Of a stretch of 64,000 nt of DNA, positions 8,376 to 18,061 are shown in pieces; the first letter of the stretch is position 1, and each line of letters opens with the position of its first letter. This stretch comes from Candidatus Woesearchaeota archaeon (GTDB lineage Archaea; Nanobdellota; Nanobdellia; SCGC-AAA011-G17; JACPIM01). The stretch covers positions 258 to 64,257 of the forward strand of contig CAYWEX010000004.1 of assembly GCA_964457785.1 (NCBI GenBank), read 5' to 3'. The notes beneath the pieces are model-generated. The model was not told the DNA's origin. It was given only the letters and a program-made list of their open reading frames with translations, and ran no database searches. Both the position numbers and the translations under genes were made by a program.

Positions 8376-9847
8376 AAATAAAAGAATTTTTTAAAGACAA
8401 GCACAATATAATATTGGTATTAATTTTGTTATTTGCATTCATAGTAAGAATCTATTTTTTCTTTAATACAATAGAACAGCCAGTGTGGTGGGACGAATCC
8501 CAATATACAGAACAGGCAAAAAGGCTTGGCCTGGATTTAGAAACAAATGACATATGGTATTATAGAAGAACAATGTTATTGCCTGTATTTTGGTCTTTTT
8601 TTTATAAACTTGGTTTTGGAGAAACAGCACTAAGATTGACAGAAGTTTTTTTCTCAGTATTATTAGTTTTTGCAACATATTTAGTTGGAAAAGAAATGTT
8701 CAATAAAAAAGTTGGTTTAATTGCTGCCTTGGGTATTTCATTTACTAGGATAATTTTGTTTGAGACATCAAGATTGTTGAATTCAATTCCATCTTCAGCA
8801 TTTATGATGTTGGCAGTTTATTTTTTTTATAAAGGCTATTTAAAAAACTATAATGTAAAACAAATTTATTTATTTGGCTTGTTTGCAGCCTTGGCTTTAA
8901 ACATGAGGTTTGCATCTTTTTTAGCCTTAATGTCTTTTGGTATCATATTCTTAATAAAAGAAAAGGGAAAATTCTGGAAAAACAAGCACATGCTTGCTTC
9001 ATTTATCCTAATTTTCATTTTGCTAACTCCATTTTTTTATATGTACAAACAGCATTATCCTGGCGGAATAAAAGATTTTTTAAAACAATATGGTGAAATT
9101 GGTGTTCCTTCAGCAGAAAAACAGCCATTTTTGGGAATTAGGGGAATTTATGATTATCTAAAAATACTACCACAAGACATAAGCTTAATTTTATTTCTGA
9201 CCTTTATCCTAGGTTCTGTTTTATTATTGGATTTTTTATTGGCCCCAGATCTCTTGTTTAAGGAAACAGATTTGCAAAAAAATTTGTTTTTGTTTTTGTT
9301 TTTAATTCCTCCGTTAGTTTATCATGGAGTAAAGAGTTTATATGTCGAAGAAAGATATTTAATCGGAATCTTGCCTATTATCTTAATAATATCTGCTTAC
9401 GGTTTTTTTAAAATCTATTCCTCTTTAAAAAATTATAATAAGTATGCAGTTATTTCAGCAATTTCAATATTATTTATCGTGCTTTCTTTTTCTCAGGTAA
9501 ATGCAGCCGATGACATAATTAAAGCTAAAAAAGATTCTTACCTGCAGGTTAAAGAAGCCTCCTTATGGATGAAAGAAAATTCTAAACCAGAAAATGTAAT
9601 AATCTCAAATTCAATACCGCAAATGCAATATTATTCTGAGAGATCTGTTTATTATAAAGAAGAGGAAAAGGAAATATTAGAGTTAAATCCTAAATTTTTT
9701 GTTGTTTCAATTTATGAAAGATCTGCACCGCAGTTTTACGAATATCCTGAGAAAAATAATGATAAATGGAAAGTCGTTAAAGCCTATTACTTTGATCAGG
9801 AAAAAAACCAGCCCTCTTTATTAATCTATCAGTATTTTGGAAATTAA
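8372..9847 (+). CDS. GT-C fold glycosyltransferase (ArnT/PMT-like, GT39/GT83 type)
   Basis: About 11 TM helices. Acidic first-loop motif WWDESQY. Soluble C-terminal domain. Confidence 0.75.
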   Translation: MKIKEFFKDKHNIILVLILLFAFIVRIYFFFNTIEQPVWWDESQYTEQAKRLGLDLETNDIWYYRRTMLLPVFWSFFYKLGFGETALRLTEVFFSVLLVFATYLVGKEMFNKKVGLIAALGISFTRIILFETSRLLNSIPSSAFMMLAVYFFYKGYLKNYNVKQIYLFGLFAALALNMRFASFLALMSFGIIFLIKEKGKFWKNKHMLASFILIFILLTPFFYMYKQHYPGGIKDFLKQYGEIGVPSAEKQPFLGIRGIYDYLKILPQDISLILFLTFILGSVLLLDFLLAPDLLFKETDLQKNLFLFLFLIPPLVYHGVKSLYVEERYLIGILPIILIISAYGFFKIYSSLKNYNKYAVISAISILFIVLSFSQVNAADDIIKAKKDSYLQVKEASLWMKENSKPENVIISNSIPQMQYYSERSVYYKEEEKEILELNPKFFVVSIYERSAPQFYEYPEKNNDKWKVVKAYYFDQEKNQPSLLIYQYFGN

Positions 9848-9899
9848 TTTCTTTGTAGTAATAATAAACATTTAACTAGCTAAAAGAAAGATTAAATTT

Positions 9900-10286
9900 A
9901 TGCAATTTGAACAAAAACAGAATATTTTTTTCGTTTTAACAGTGGTTTTTCTTCTGTCTTTGTTTTTTGTTAATATAAATAGCATTTCTGGCCACGCAAT
10001 TTTAAATAAATGCTATGAAGATTGTGATAAAGGCCTTAATACATGCAAAACATTTGTTGAAACTTCTTTTGTTCTTTGTAGAAATTCCGCAGAAATAAAT
10101 TATAAAACCTGTAGGGAAAAACAATATTCTGACTGCTCTGCTCTTGAATTTAAAACTTGTTTAAAACCAAGGCTTGAATCTTGTTTTGAAGACTGGAAAT
10201 TTTCCTTAAAAAAATGTGAAGAAACAGCTGAGACCAGCCTTTCATCATGTTCAGATAATCTAACAGCTTGCGCAGAAAAATGTTAA
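9900..10286 (+). CDS. secreted cysteine-rich small protein
   Basis: Signal/anchor IFFVLTVVFLLSLFFV, then 12 Cys spaced about 8-12 residues apart. Confidence 0.65.
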   Translation: MQFEQKQNIFFVLTVVFLLSLFFVNINSISGHAILNKCYEDCDKGLNTCKTFVETSFVLCRNSAEINYKTCREKQYSDCSALEFKTCLKPRLESCFEDWKFSLKKCEETAETSLSSCSDNLTACAEKC

Positions 10287-10300
10287 TTATTTTTTAATTT

Positions 10301-10720
10301 TTATAATTCTTTTACAATTCTTTTTCTGCTTTCTGCCTTTTGTGATTTTGGAAGCTCCAATTTAACTAATAAATTTTCCAAATTCGCTTTTAATTCTCCT
10401 CGAACAGAAATTACTCGCATAGGATTATTCACATTATCATCCAAGCCAATAGCAGTTAATAAACAGCCGCCAAGTAAATATTCCCTCATAGGTGGCCAGT
10501 CTCTTTTTCTAAAGAGATTTCCACAAATCCGATTTTTTTTATATGCTAAAATATTTATTAAAGCCCACTTTATTTGTGTATCGCTTAAAAGAATGACAAA
10601 GTTTTCTCTTGGAACTCTATTTCTTGCTTCTATTTCTTCATATGCAGATCTTCTGAGATAATCAACAATAAATATATTTCCTTCCTTTCTAATCCCGTAA
10701 TTAACCATTTTTACCCCCAA
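10301..10720 (-). CDS. hypothetical protein
   Basis: 139-aa ORF immediately downstream of the DUF362 gene on the same strand. Confidence 0.6.
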   Translation of the reverse strand: MGVKMVNYGIRKEGNIFIVDYLRRSAYEEIEARNRVPRENFVILLSDTQIKWALINILAYKKNRICGNLFRKRDWPPMREYLLGGCLLTAIGLDDNVNNPMRVISVRGELKANLENLLVKLELPKSQKAESRKRIVKEL

Positions 10721-10726
10721 TAATTA

Positions 10727-11923
10727 TCATAAGTTTTTCAAATATCTGCCGTATCTTTCTAATTGTCCTTTTAAAAATCCTAGCTCTCCTTCATGTTTAA
10801 CATTTTTGTCAACCATAAAGCAGTATAAGCAATTAATGCATTTCTGGTCGGCGGGACTAGATAATTCAAAAGGACAAAATTCTTCGCATTTTTCAGATTT
10901 ATCTCCATTTTCCAAATATAATTTAGTAATGCTATCATCCTTAAAATCATAAACATCCTGCCTCACCCCCAAAAGTGTAAAAAATTCAGGTATGGGTCCT
11001 TTTTTAAATAAAGGATCAATAAACCTATTGTACCTTAATCTTACAAAAAAATTATTCAGAAATATCTTGGCAAAAATATTTTCTTTCGCTCTCTTCAATT
11101 TAGTAACTTCATTAACTCCTTTTAGATATTCTAAATCTTCCTTCTTGATATGTCCATTTTCCAGGCTCAATTTCAAGTAAGGAATATAATCTAGGTCAAA
11201 ACCAAATAATTTCATGCATAATAAATCATTAATAAAAGAATTCTTTCCAGCTAGCATCAAGTTTAATTTTTTTGGGATTCCTGCAGCAGGTCCATTTCCT
11301 TCCATAGCAACTAAGCCGTCAATAATATTTAGGTCTGGTTTTTTGATCTCATTCATTCTTACAATATTATCAACTAAACTATCATGGATATTTCTTTTGT
11401 CCAAAGCCTGATAACATCCGACAAAATTCTTCATGCATATTGTCATCCCAACTTCAATGTGTGTCTTTACTTTAGGTAAATTAATTAAGAAATCATTATC
11501 TAGAATTACTTTTCCAATTTTTGCTTTTCCAGTAACTAAATCAACTATTTCATAATCAGATTTATTTAAATTAACTAATTTGACATTGTATAATTCAGCA
11601 ATCTTATCAATTTTTAATCTCTTAAAAACATCAATTTTCATGTGGTCAATTCCGCAGTTTGGGCCGTCTGCAATTGTAATGTTTTTGTAATTTCTTTTCT
11701 GTAAAGCTTTTATCACACCAACAATAATTCTTAAATCAGTAGAATTTCCTATTAAAGCATTCATATCATTGTTCAAATTTGGTTTTAAAACTATTCTTGC
11801 ATTTTTATTTTTAGGTAGTTCATAATTATCTAGAATTTTGTCTATAAATTCAAATACTTCTCCTGCATTATTGCACTTTTCTAGATATACCTTATCCCTG
11901 AAATTGTAAACTTCCATTTTCAA
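10727..11923 (-). CDS. DUF362 domain protein with C-terminal Cys cluster (putative Fe-S)
   Basis: RIVLKPNLNN and PKVKTH motifs are typical of DUF362 (from memory). C-terminal CEEFCPF...CINCLYC. Confidence 0.7.
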   Translation of the reverse strand: MKMEVYNFRDKVYLEKCNNAGEVFEFIDKILDNYELPKNKNARIVLKPNLNNDMNALIGNSTDLRIIVGVIKALQKRNYKNITIADGPNCGIDHMKIDVFKRLKIDKIAELYNVKLVNLNKSDYEIVDLVTGKAKIGKVILDNDFLINLPKVKTHIEVGMTICMKNFVGCYQALDKRNIHDSLVDNIVRMNEIKKPDLNIIDGLVAMEGNGPAAGIPKKLNLMLAGKNSFINDLLCMKLFGFDLDYIPYLKLSLENGHIKKEDLEYLKGVNEVTKLKRAKENIFAKIFLNNFFVRLRYNRFIDPLFKKGPIPEFFTLLGVRQDVYDFKDDSITKLYLENGDKSEKCEEFCPFELSSPADQKCINCLYCFMVDKNVKHEGELGFLKGQLERYGRYLKNL

Positions 11924-13010
11924 TTAAACCCAAAGCCTCATTTAATTCTATTTCTTTTTTATCAGTTTTCTTATTTATAATAAAAATACCGTCTAAATCA
12001 GCTTTATCTGGCATATAACCATGCATTCCTTTACAGCCATTTTTCCCCTGATAAAAATTAGGAACAAACAAATAACCCGGCTCTAAAGCAAAAATTATCT
12101 CTCCAAATTCTTTCCCCAGCGGCATGTTGTATTTATCCTTTTCTTTTAAATCAAGAATCTTTCCTTGTTTTATTTTTTCTAAAACTGTTAAAACTTCTTC
12201 TTTAGAATTTTTGTCTTTAAACCAGAATCTTGCTATTGTTGAATCTAAAAAATAAGTTATATTCCTTAAGTTTTTAATCTTTTCTTCTATATTAATTTCT
12301 TCTCTTATATCAACAAACCCATGATCGCTCCATATTATTATCTTGCAGTTTTCAAATATTTTTTTAAATTCATTTATAATTATTGAGGCAAATTCATCCT
12401 GTTTTTTCAGTTCTTTGATAGTATTTTCATGTGTAGTTCCAAATTCATGCATTGTCTTGTCTAAATCAACTAATTGCATGAAATAAATTTCAATATTTTC
12501 TTTAAAGCTTTTTATAAACTTGTTAACTTTATATTCATCATTTCTCTTTATGAAGTCGAGATTTACTTTATTATTTACAACAAAAAACGGCCAGCCATAA
12601 TAAACAAAATTTCTTTTCTGGAAAAAATCCCTCTTCCATATCTTATGTTTTACACCAGAATTAAACTTTCCAAAAAACCTTCTTGGTATATGGTGTAATT
12701 TGGTCAAAAAAGTATTTCCATATAAATAATAATTAATAAATGCATAAAAATAAGAGAGTATGGAATTTGGCAGGGGAATAAACTTCAATATTTTTCCAGC
12801 AACATTTCTCTTATAAATGAACTCAGTCCATATTCCAGTTTCATTTGGCCATTTTGCTGTGATAAAAGTATTTTCTATTCCAGTATATCCAAGCAAGGTT
12901 TTTAATCTTAGTAACGAGTTTTCCTTTCCAAATTTATATAAAAAAGGAGTATTCTCTTTACTTACAAACCTGTATCCCATAGCATCTAAATATAAAATAA
13001 GGGTTTTCAT
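11892..13010 (-). CDS. alkaline phosphatase superfamily protein (nucleotide pyrophosphatase/phosphodiesterase-like)
   Basis: N-terminal LILYLDAMGYRF, then WSDHGF and KGMHGY metal-ligand-like motifs. Confidence 0.7.
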   Translation of the reverse strand: MKTLILYLDAMGYRFVSKENTPFLYKFGKENSLLRLKTLLGYTGIENTFITAKWPNETGIWTEFIYKRNVAGKILKFIPLPNSILSYFYAFINYYLYGNTFLTKLHHIPRRFFGKFNSGVKHKIWKRDFFQKRNFVYYGWPFFVVNNKVNLDFIKRNDEYKVNKFIKSFKENIEIYFMQLVDLDKTMHEFGTTHENTIKELKKQDEFASIIINEFKKIFENCKIIIWSDHGFVDIREEINIEEKIKNLRNITYFLDSTIARFWFKDKNSKEEVLTVLEKIKQGKILDLKEKDKYNMPLGKEFGEIIFALEPGYLFVPNFYQGKNGCKGMHGYMPDKADLDGIFIINKKTDKKEIELNEALGLIENGSLQFQG

Positions 13011-13064
13011 GCCTAAAAAATTAAAAAGTAAACTTTATATTTCTATTCATAACAAAAATTTAAA

Positions 13065-13550
13065 ATGAAAAAGGTTGACTTTACACTATTGCAATATAAA
13101 TCAGAATTTAAGAACGGACCAATTACTTCCTATTTTAATAGCGTGGTTTCTAGAATGAATGATGAAGTAAAGGCAACAATAGATGAAGAAGTAAAAAAAA
13201 TTGCAGATGAAAGATACAAAGATATTCCGAAATACAGGTACGAGCATAATTGGGTTTCTGGTGAAATTGCTTTATGGGATATGTTAACAGCCAATGGAGT
13301 TAATGAAATTTTGGCTGCAAAACTAGCTGCAAATTTTCCTAATCCAATGAGATTTGATCCTGGAATTATTATTAAATCAATAGATTTTAGGAAGAGATTT
13401 GATGATGGTGTAAAATCAGGAAAAAAAGCTTTGGATATTTTGGTAGAACTGGCTGAATTGGATTTAAATAATTCATTTTCTCCTGATGAATATGGAAAGA
13501 ATAGAAAATTCAAAGAATATGCAGAAAAAGAATCAGCAAAATATTCTTAG
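13065..13550 (+). CDS. hypothetical protein
   Basis: 161-aa ORF. TATA-like AACTTTATATT about 25-30 nt upstream of the ATG. Confidence 0.6.
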   Translation: MKKVDFTLLQYKSEFKNGPITSYFNSVVSRMNDEVKATIDEEVKKIADERYKDIPKYRYEHNWVSGEIALWDMLTANGVNEILAAKLAANFPNPMRFDPGIIIKSIDFRKRFDDGVKSGKKALDILVELAELDLNNSFSPDEYGKNRKFKEYAEKESAKYS

Positions 13551-13957
13551 TGAGATTTGTTTTCAATCCACATTTTTAAGATTTTCTTATTATCAAAACA
13601 TAAGTCAACCTTATTTGCCTCTTCGGGATTAAACCATTTAAATTCAGAGATATATCTTTCAGTTATTCTCAGTTCTCCTTTAATTTCACCATAATAAAAT
13701 AAAGTTAAAGTAGGAATCCCGAAATTCTCAAAATTATATGTAAAGAATTTAGGTTCAAAATCACAACCTATATCTCCTTTCACTTCAATTTTTACTGCCT
13801 CAATTGGATCTTTAGTAAATTTAAAAGCACCCTTGCCACCAATAAAACCCCAGTAATCTTTGAATGGTTCTCTTGCTCTTTTTACTAATAATAATTCATT
13901 CTTTTCATTAACTATAATTGCGCTTGTTACAATTAATGGCTGCTCCATTTTAAACAA
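13547..13957 (-). CDS. Nudix-fold protein with a degenerate Nudix box
   Basis: Nudix-like layout LLLVKRAREPFKDYWGFIGGK, but the box reads EAVKIEVKGDIG (KIEVKGD in place of REUxEE). Confidence 0.6.
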   Translation of the reverse strand: MFKMEQPLIVTSAIIVNEKNELLLVKRAREPFKDYWGFIGGKGAFKFTKDPIEAVKIEVKGDIGCDFEPKFFTYNFENFGIPTLTLFYYGEIKGELRITERYISEFKWFNPEEANKVDLCFDNKKILKMWIENKSH

Positions 13958-15230
13958 TCTTCATCAAATAAAATAATACATATGCATCAGCATAATCCTG
14001 GCTTAATTCTTCCCATGTTTTTGCTTTTGTTGGATAAACTTTTCTTAAAGTTTCAAAACCTTTGTCAAAGTTTTCTTTATTCAAAGTTAAATCCTCATTT
14101 AAAGCAAATAAAATATAAGGTGCGGCCCCAAATATAATTGTATCAGGGCTTCTTTTATTAAGAAGAATTCTTGGATAAAATTTTCTTTCTTTTATTAACC
14201 TTTTAAAATATAACTGCTTAAATCTGTAAGGAATTAATTTTGAAGCTATAAAAGCTAATTTATTTGATTTAATTCCAAATTCATTTTTTAAATAAAACTT
14301 GCTGTAAGGTAAATATTGTTCTTTTCCTAAATTAACAACTGCTTTGCTTAAGTCATCTGTATTTTTAATTTCTTTTTTCGTAAATCTTGAAATAAAATAT
14401 TTAACAACTTCTAAAAAATCTTTTCTAGTCTGCATCCAGAATTTAACAACATCTTTCTCAGGCAGTTCACCATTAAAATTTAATTTCCATAAAGTATATT
14501 TTTTTATCTTTTCATGCAAATCTGGTAATTTCTTGTATAAATCAGGAAAATCAGTTTTATAGCATTCATAAAAATCTTCCATTCTCTTTTTATAAAACGG
14601 AGAATATTTTTTATTCAACAATAATAAAGCAGTGCAGCTGTCAATATAAGCTTTAACGCAAAAAAAGCTCAAAACAATATCATTATGTTTTCCTTCAGTA
14701 GAAAAATATTCTACTAAATGCGTCATTCTGTTAAACAAAAACCTAAAACCCTCGCCCAATGGAATATCATCAGTTTTATAGTCTGGAATTAAGTTTCTTA
14801 CCTCTTCTCCATAAAATATATTGGATGAATTCCTCAATTCATAATATCTTACCATCGGAACTAATTTCTTTAGTTCATTTAATGTTAAACACTTTAAATC
14901 TAAATAGAAATTATCTTCAAAACTCCAGTTTTTGTCAAATTTATTAAACTCAATTCCTTTGCTTCCTAATCTCTTTGCAACTTTTCTTGCAATATTATCC
15001 AATAAATCTCCATCAGCCTTTTTTTCAGTAATAACATAAACATCAAAATCATTTGCAGGATAATACTTGTCATTTACTTTCTTTACACTGCCCTCTCCCC
15101 TTCCAAAACCGCCATAAATAATAATGCTTTTTACATCTTTGATATTTTTGTTAATTTCCTCGCTGACTATATCTAATTGTTTCTGTACTTCATTATCTAC
15201 TTCTATTCCTAAAGCAGTATACTTGTTCAT
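13950..15230 (-). CDS. Pol-beta-type nucleotidyltransferase domain protein with a large helical C-terminal region
   Basis: YGGFGRGEGS...NDFDVYVI matches the GS-x(n)-DxD NTase signature. Its 3' end overlaps the Nudix gene start by 8 nt. Confidence 0.7.
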   Translation of the reverse strand: MNKYTALGIEVDNEVQKQLDIVSEEINKNIKDVKSIIIYGGFGRGEGSVKKVNDKYYPANDFDVYVITEKKADGDLLDNIARKVAKRLGSKGIEFNKFDKNWSFEDNFYLDLKCLTLNELKKLVPMVRYYELRNSSNIFYGEEVRNLIPDYKTDDIPLGEGFRFLFNRMTHLVEYFSTEGKHNDIVLSFFCVKAYIDSCTALLLLNKKYSPFYKKRMEDFYECYKTDFPDLYKKLPDLHEKIKKYTLWKLNFNGELPEKDVVKFWMQTRKDFLEVVKYFISRFTKKEIKNTDDLSKAVVNLGKEQYLPYSKFYLKNEFGIKSNKLAFIASKLIPYRFKQLYFKRLIKERKFYPRILLNKRSPDTIIFGAAPYILFALNEDLTLNKENFDKGFETLRKVYPTKAKTWEELSQDYADAYVLFYLMKIV

Positions 15231-15286
15231 TTTAACTTAGTTCTCAATAAGTAATATTTATAAAGATTTATTATTCAAAAAATCAA

Positions 15287-15589
15287 ATGCCAGAACCAAA
15301 ATATACTCCAGACGGATTGCCTGTTGTAAGTGAGGCTACTTGCCAAGCCTATAATTTTTTACTAAAAAGATCTGGAAAAGACTTAGGAACTTGTTTGGAA
15401 GATTATTGTTCTAGGTTACGAAAAGAAAATCCAGTTCTTGCTGAAGGTTTAGGTATACTTGCTAACGCCCGTACTACAAAGGGAGATAGTGTAGCAGCCG
15501 CTATTTTGCTTGGATCTTTTATGACTTATGACTTTTTAAGAAGACAGGCAGCAGCAAATAAATTAGAGAGAGAAATAGAAGGAAAATAG
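15287..15589 (+). CDS. hypothetical protein
   Basis: 100-aa ORF. Confidence 0.55.
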   Translation: MPEPKYTPDGLPVVSEATCQAYNFLLKRSGKDLGTCLEDYCSRLRKENPVLAEGLGILANARTTKGDSVAAAILLGSFMTYDFLRRQAAANKLEREIEGK

Positions 15590-15634
15590 CCTATTTAAAA
15601 AAATTTATTAATACTGAATTTAATATAAATTCTA

Positions 15635-16438
15635 ATGGGGATATTCTTCAAAATATTGTCTTTATTTAAAAAAAACAAGCCAAATATAGAATTAGAAAAA
15701 GATTATTCGCTATTAAATGAATTATCCTCAAAATTAGAAAAAGAAATAGCAGAATTAAGAAGAATTCAAGCCCTAATCACAAACGAAAAAATAAAGGCAG
15801 GTTCATTTTCTGGAAAATCTACAGGCGGAATTAGTTTTAGAAAAGGAAGTTTCATTGATGAAGATTTTCTTGGTAAGTTAAACAAATTAGCTAAAATTTC
15901 GGAAAAAAGATTTGAAAGTTTAAGTTCAGGCATATCTGATCCAGAGGAAAAAAACGCAATAGCAAGAGTAATAAATCTCCTTAAACAAGTGGAGAAAAAA
16001 CTTCCAGATTTAAGAGAAATAAATCAGACTAACTCAGAAGATGATAAACTATCAAAAATAGAAGATGCAATGAGGGAAATAACTGAAATTGCCAAGAAAT
16101 TTTATCAAGAAGAAGTTTATGGTGAATATCTGGCTGAAAAAGTAAGAAATTCTGAAATCTCTCCATTATTGAAAAAAATATACCAAAAACCGAATAAAAA
16201 TGAGTTGGGTATGCTTTATTATGAAGTTTCTCAAAAAGAATTAAATAAACTTCAGGCAGAAGCATTTTACTTAAACAAGCACAAGGATAAAAATAATCAG
16301 GTTATTTTTCGAAATTGGTGGAAAGATGTTCAAGTTCCTGAAACAGATGTAAACACATTGACAGACCCACATATAAACTTAATAATAAAATTATCTGGAA
16401 AACAAAAGAAGATCCATTTATTGATAAAAGCAGCCTAA
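15635..16438 (+). CDS. hypothetical coiled-coil protein
   Basis: 267-aa ORF, K/E-rich. Confidence 0.6.
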   Translation: MGIFFKILSLFKKNKPNIELEKDYSLLNELSSKLEKEIAELRRIQALITNEKIKAGSFSGKSTGGISFRKGSFIDEDFLGKLNKLAKISEKRFESLSSGISDPEEKNAIARVINLLKQVEKKLPDLREINQTNSEDDKLSKIEDAMREITEIAKKFYQEEVYGEYLAEKVRNSEISPLLKKIYQKPNKNELGMLYYEVSQKELNKLQAEAFYLNKHKDKNNQVIFRNWWKDVQVPETDVNTLTDPHINLIIKLSGKQKKIHLLIKAA

Positions 16439-17337
16439 ATTTTTCCAACATAACTTAATATTTTTGCCTTTCCAACAGAGACAATATAATTCTTTCCGCC
16501 CCCGCCTAATTTATTTATTATCTTGTCAAAACCATTAAAGCATTCTGGATGTTCTGTTCTTAATGAAGAGTCTGAAATATCTTCTGGAACATAAACATAA
16601 TCTCTTACACTAGCAGCATTATCTAAATCAACTTTTGTTTTTTTCCTTGGCCCTTTTCTTCCAGTTGCGTGAGGCATTGAAGAATAAGGAGGCAAATTCT
16701 TTTTGTCAACTGTATACGCCCAAACATATGCTCCAACATGAGCAGGAAGTAAAAATAATTTTAAAGGTTCAACTTTAACTACTCCTTTTCTGTAAATTAC
16801 TTTTCCATCCTTTTCTTCAACAGTATTATGAGGCCAGTCTCCCAATAATTCACAAGGTTTTTTCAATAAACCAGCTAATTCATATCCTAAATTTTTTCTT
16901 TCTTCTGAAGCTTTTTTCTGCATTCTCTTCGCTTCTGTTACACTTCTTGCCAAATTTTCTTCTTTTCCATGAGTATGCAAAAATAAAATATTATGATTCT
17001 TAGTCTTTTCATCAGAACTAGATTCTATTCCAGTGCAAATATCAACAAAATGATTTCCTCTTCCTAAAATTCCTCTTCCTTTCAAATAATCATAAATTTT
17101 ATCAGCTGCTTCTTTATGGTCTGTTTCTGCTATAACAAAAGCAGTCATCCCGCAACCAACATCACTGCCAAGAATATCTAGGTTAAACTTATGCTCATTA
17201 GAATCAAAAACCCATATAGTGCTGTTTGGTATTGTTCTTCGTTTATATTCACCGTCTGGAAACCTTATTAAAGCCTCTAAACCTTTAAGTTGAGGAGGAT
17301 AATAAAAATCATCTTCAAAACTAGTAATATTTACCAT
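16435..17337 (-). CDS. minimal RtcB-like protein (putative 3'-phosphate RNA ligase family)
   Basis: Ordered matches to RtcB active-site motifs (recalled from Pyrococcus RtcB): SDVGCGM (DxxC), GRGNHF, LHTHG, WPHN...IYRKG, MPHATGR. Only 300 aa. Confidence 0.6.
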   Translation of the reverse strand: MVNITSFEDDFYYPPQLKGLEALIRFPDGEYKRRTIPNSTIWVFDSNEHKFNLDILGSDVGCGMTAFVIAETDHKEAADKIYDYLKGRGILGRGNHFVDICTGIESSSDEKTKNHNILFLHTHGKEENLARSVTEAKRMQKKASEERKNLGYELAGLLKKPCELLGDWPHNTVEEKDGKVIYRKGVVKVEPLKLFLLPAHVGAYVWAYTVDKKNLPPYSSMPHATGRKGPRKKTKVDLDNAASVRDYVYVPEDISDSSLRTEHPECFNGFDKIINKLGGGGKNYIVSVGKAKILSYVGKI

Positions 17338-17886
17338 GTAAAAAAGGAGACAAAAAAGAGTTTATAAAGATTTTGGTATTTACTACTATAAAGTAACTTA
17401 GAAAGAGAAGTTGAAGGAAAATAAACTATTGTTTAAGTATTTCAAAACCAAATAATTTAGTGGATAAAAAATTAACGAACCCAAAAGATAAAGAAACAAA
17501 ACCAAAAATAAAGATTTCCCTTTCCTTTAATACCTAACTCGTTAAGTTAATTTTGTAAGTAATATTTGTAATAATATTAAAAATAGTTAATATTATAAGA
17601 AACAAATAAATTCCTTGTACAAACATCTTGAAATAAGATAAAAAACTCATTAAATCACCTTAAATATTTTTAATAGAAAATAAAAAATTAAAATATATAA
17701 TGCTAATTTAACTAAATTTTCTACAAGATCTTCTTTTTCTGTTTCTTTCATAATAAAATAATGGCCTTTTTTATATATAATCTTTTTGTAAAGATATTCG
17801 GAAATTTCGTAAGTCTTCTTAGATTGTAGAAAAGCTTTCGAAAATTTGTAATTAAATTTATAAATTACAGATTATTTAAGTTTAGC

Positions 17887-18054
17887 ATGAATGCAAGACA
17901 TTTTTCAGCGGGATTATTTGGGATAATTATGGGAACATTAGTTTTAATAAAAGCCAAAGATCCAGCGAAATATTATGTTATCTCATTAATTATCCTCGGG
18001 ATGATATTATTCTTTAATAGTTTTAGAAAGAAATATGCCTATTCAAGCGAATAA
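17887..18054 (+). CDS. possible 55-aa two-helix membrane protein
   Basis: MNARHFSAGLFGIIMGTLVLIKAKDPAKYYVISLIILGMILFFNSFRKKYAYSSE. Below the track length cutoff. Two hydrophobic segments. Confidence 0.35.
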   Translation: MNARHFSAGLFGIIMGTLVLIKAKDPAKYYVISLIILGMILFFNSFRKKYAYSSE

Positions 18055-18061
18055 ATAAAAA

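Noticed and set aside
13547-15230. Interpreting the NTase-Nudix pair as a CBASS-like or other cyclic-nucleotide defence system.
   Set aside because: No effector (TM, nuclease, TIR, patatin and so on) and no CD-NTase-specific features could be recognised. The GS...DxD signature is generic to Pol-beta NTases, so the claim would be unsupported.
17338-18061. The AT-rich 720-bp tract as a replication origin.
   Set aside because: No ORB-like G-string-containing repeats and no adjacent orc1/cdc6 gene. The only repeats are short TAATATT motifs, which are expected in such AT-rich DNA.
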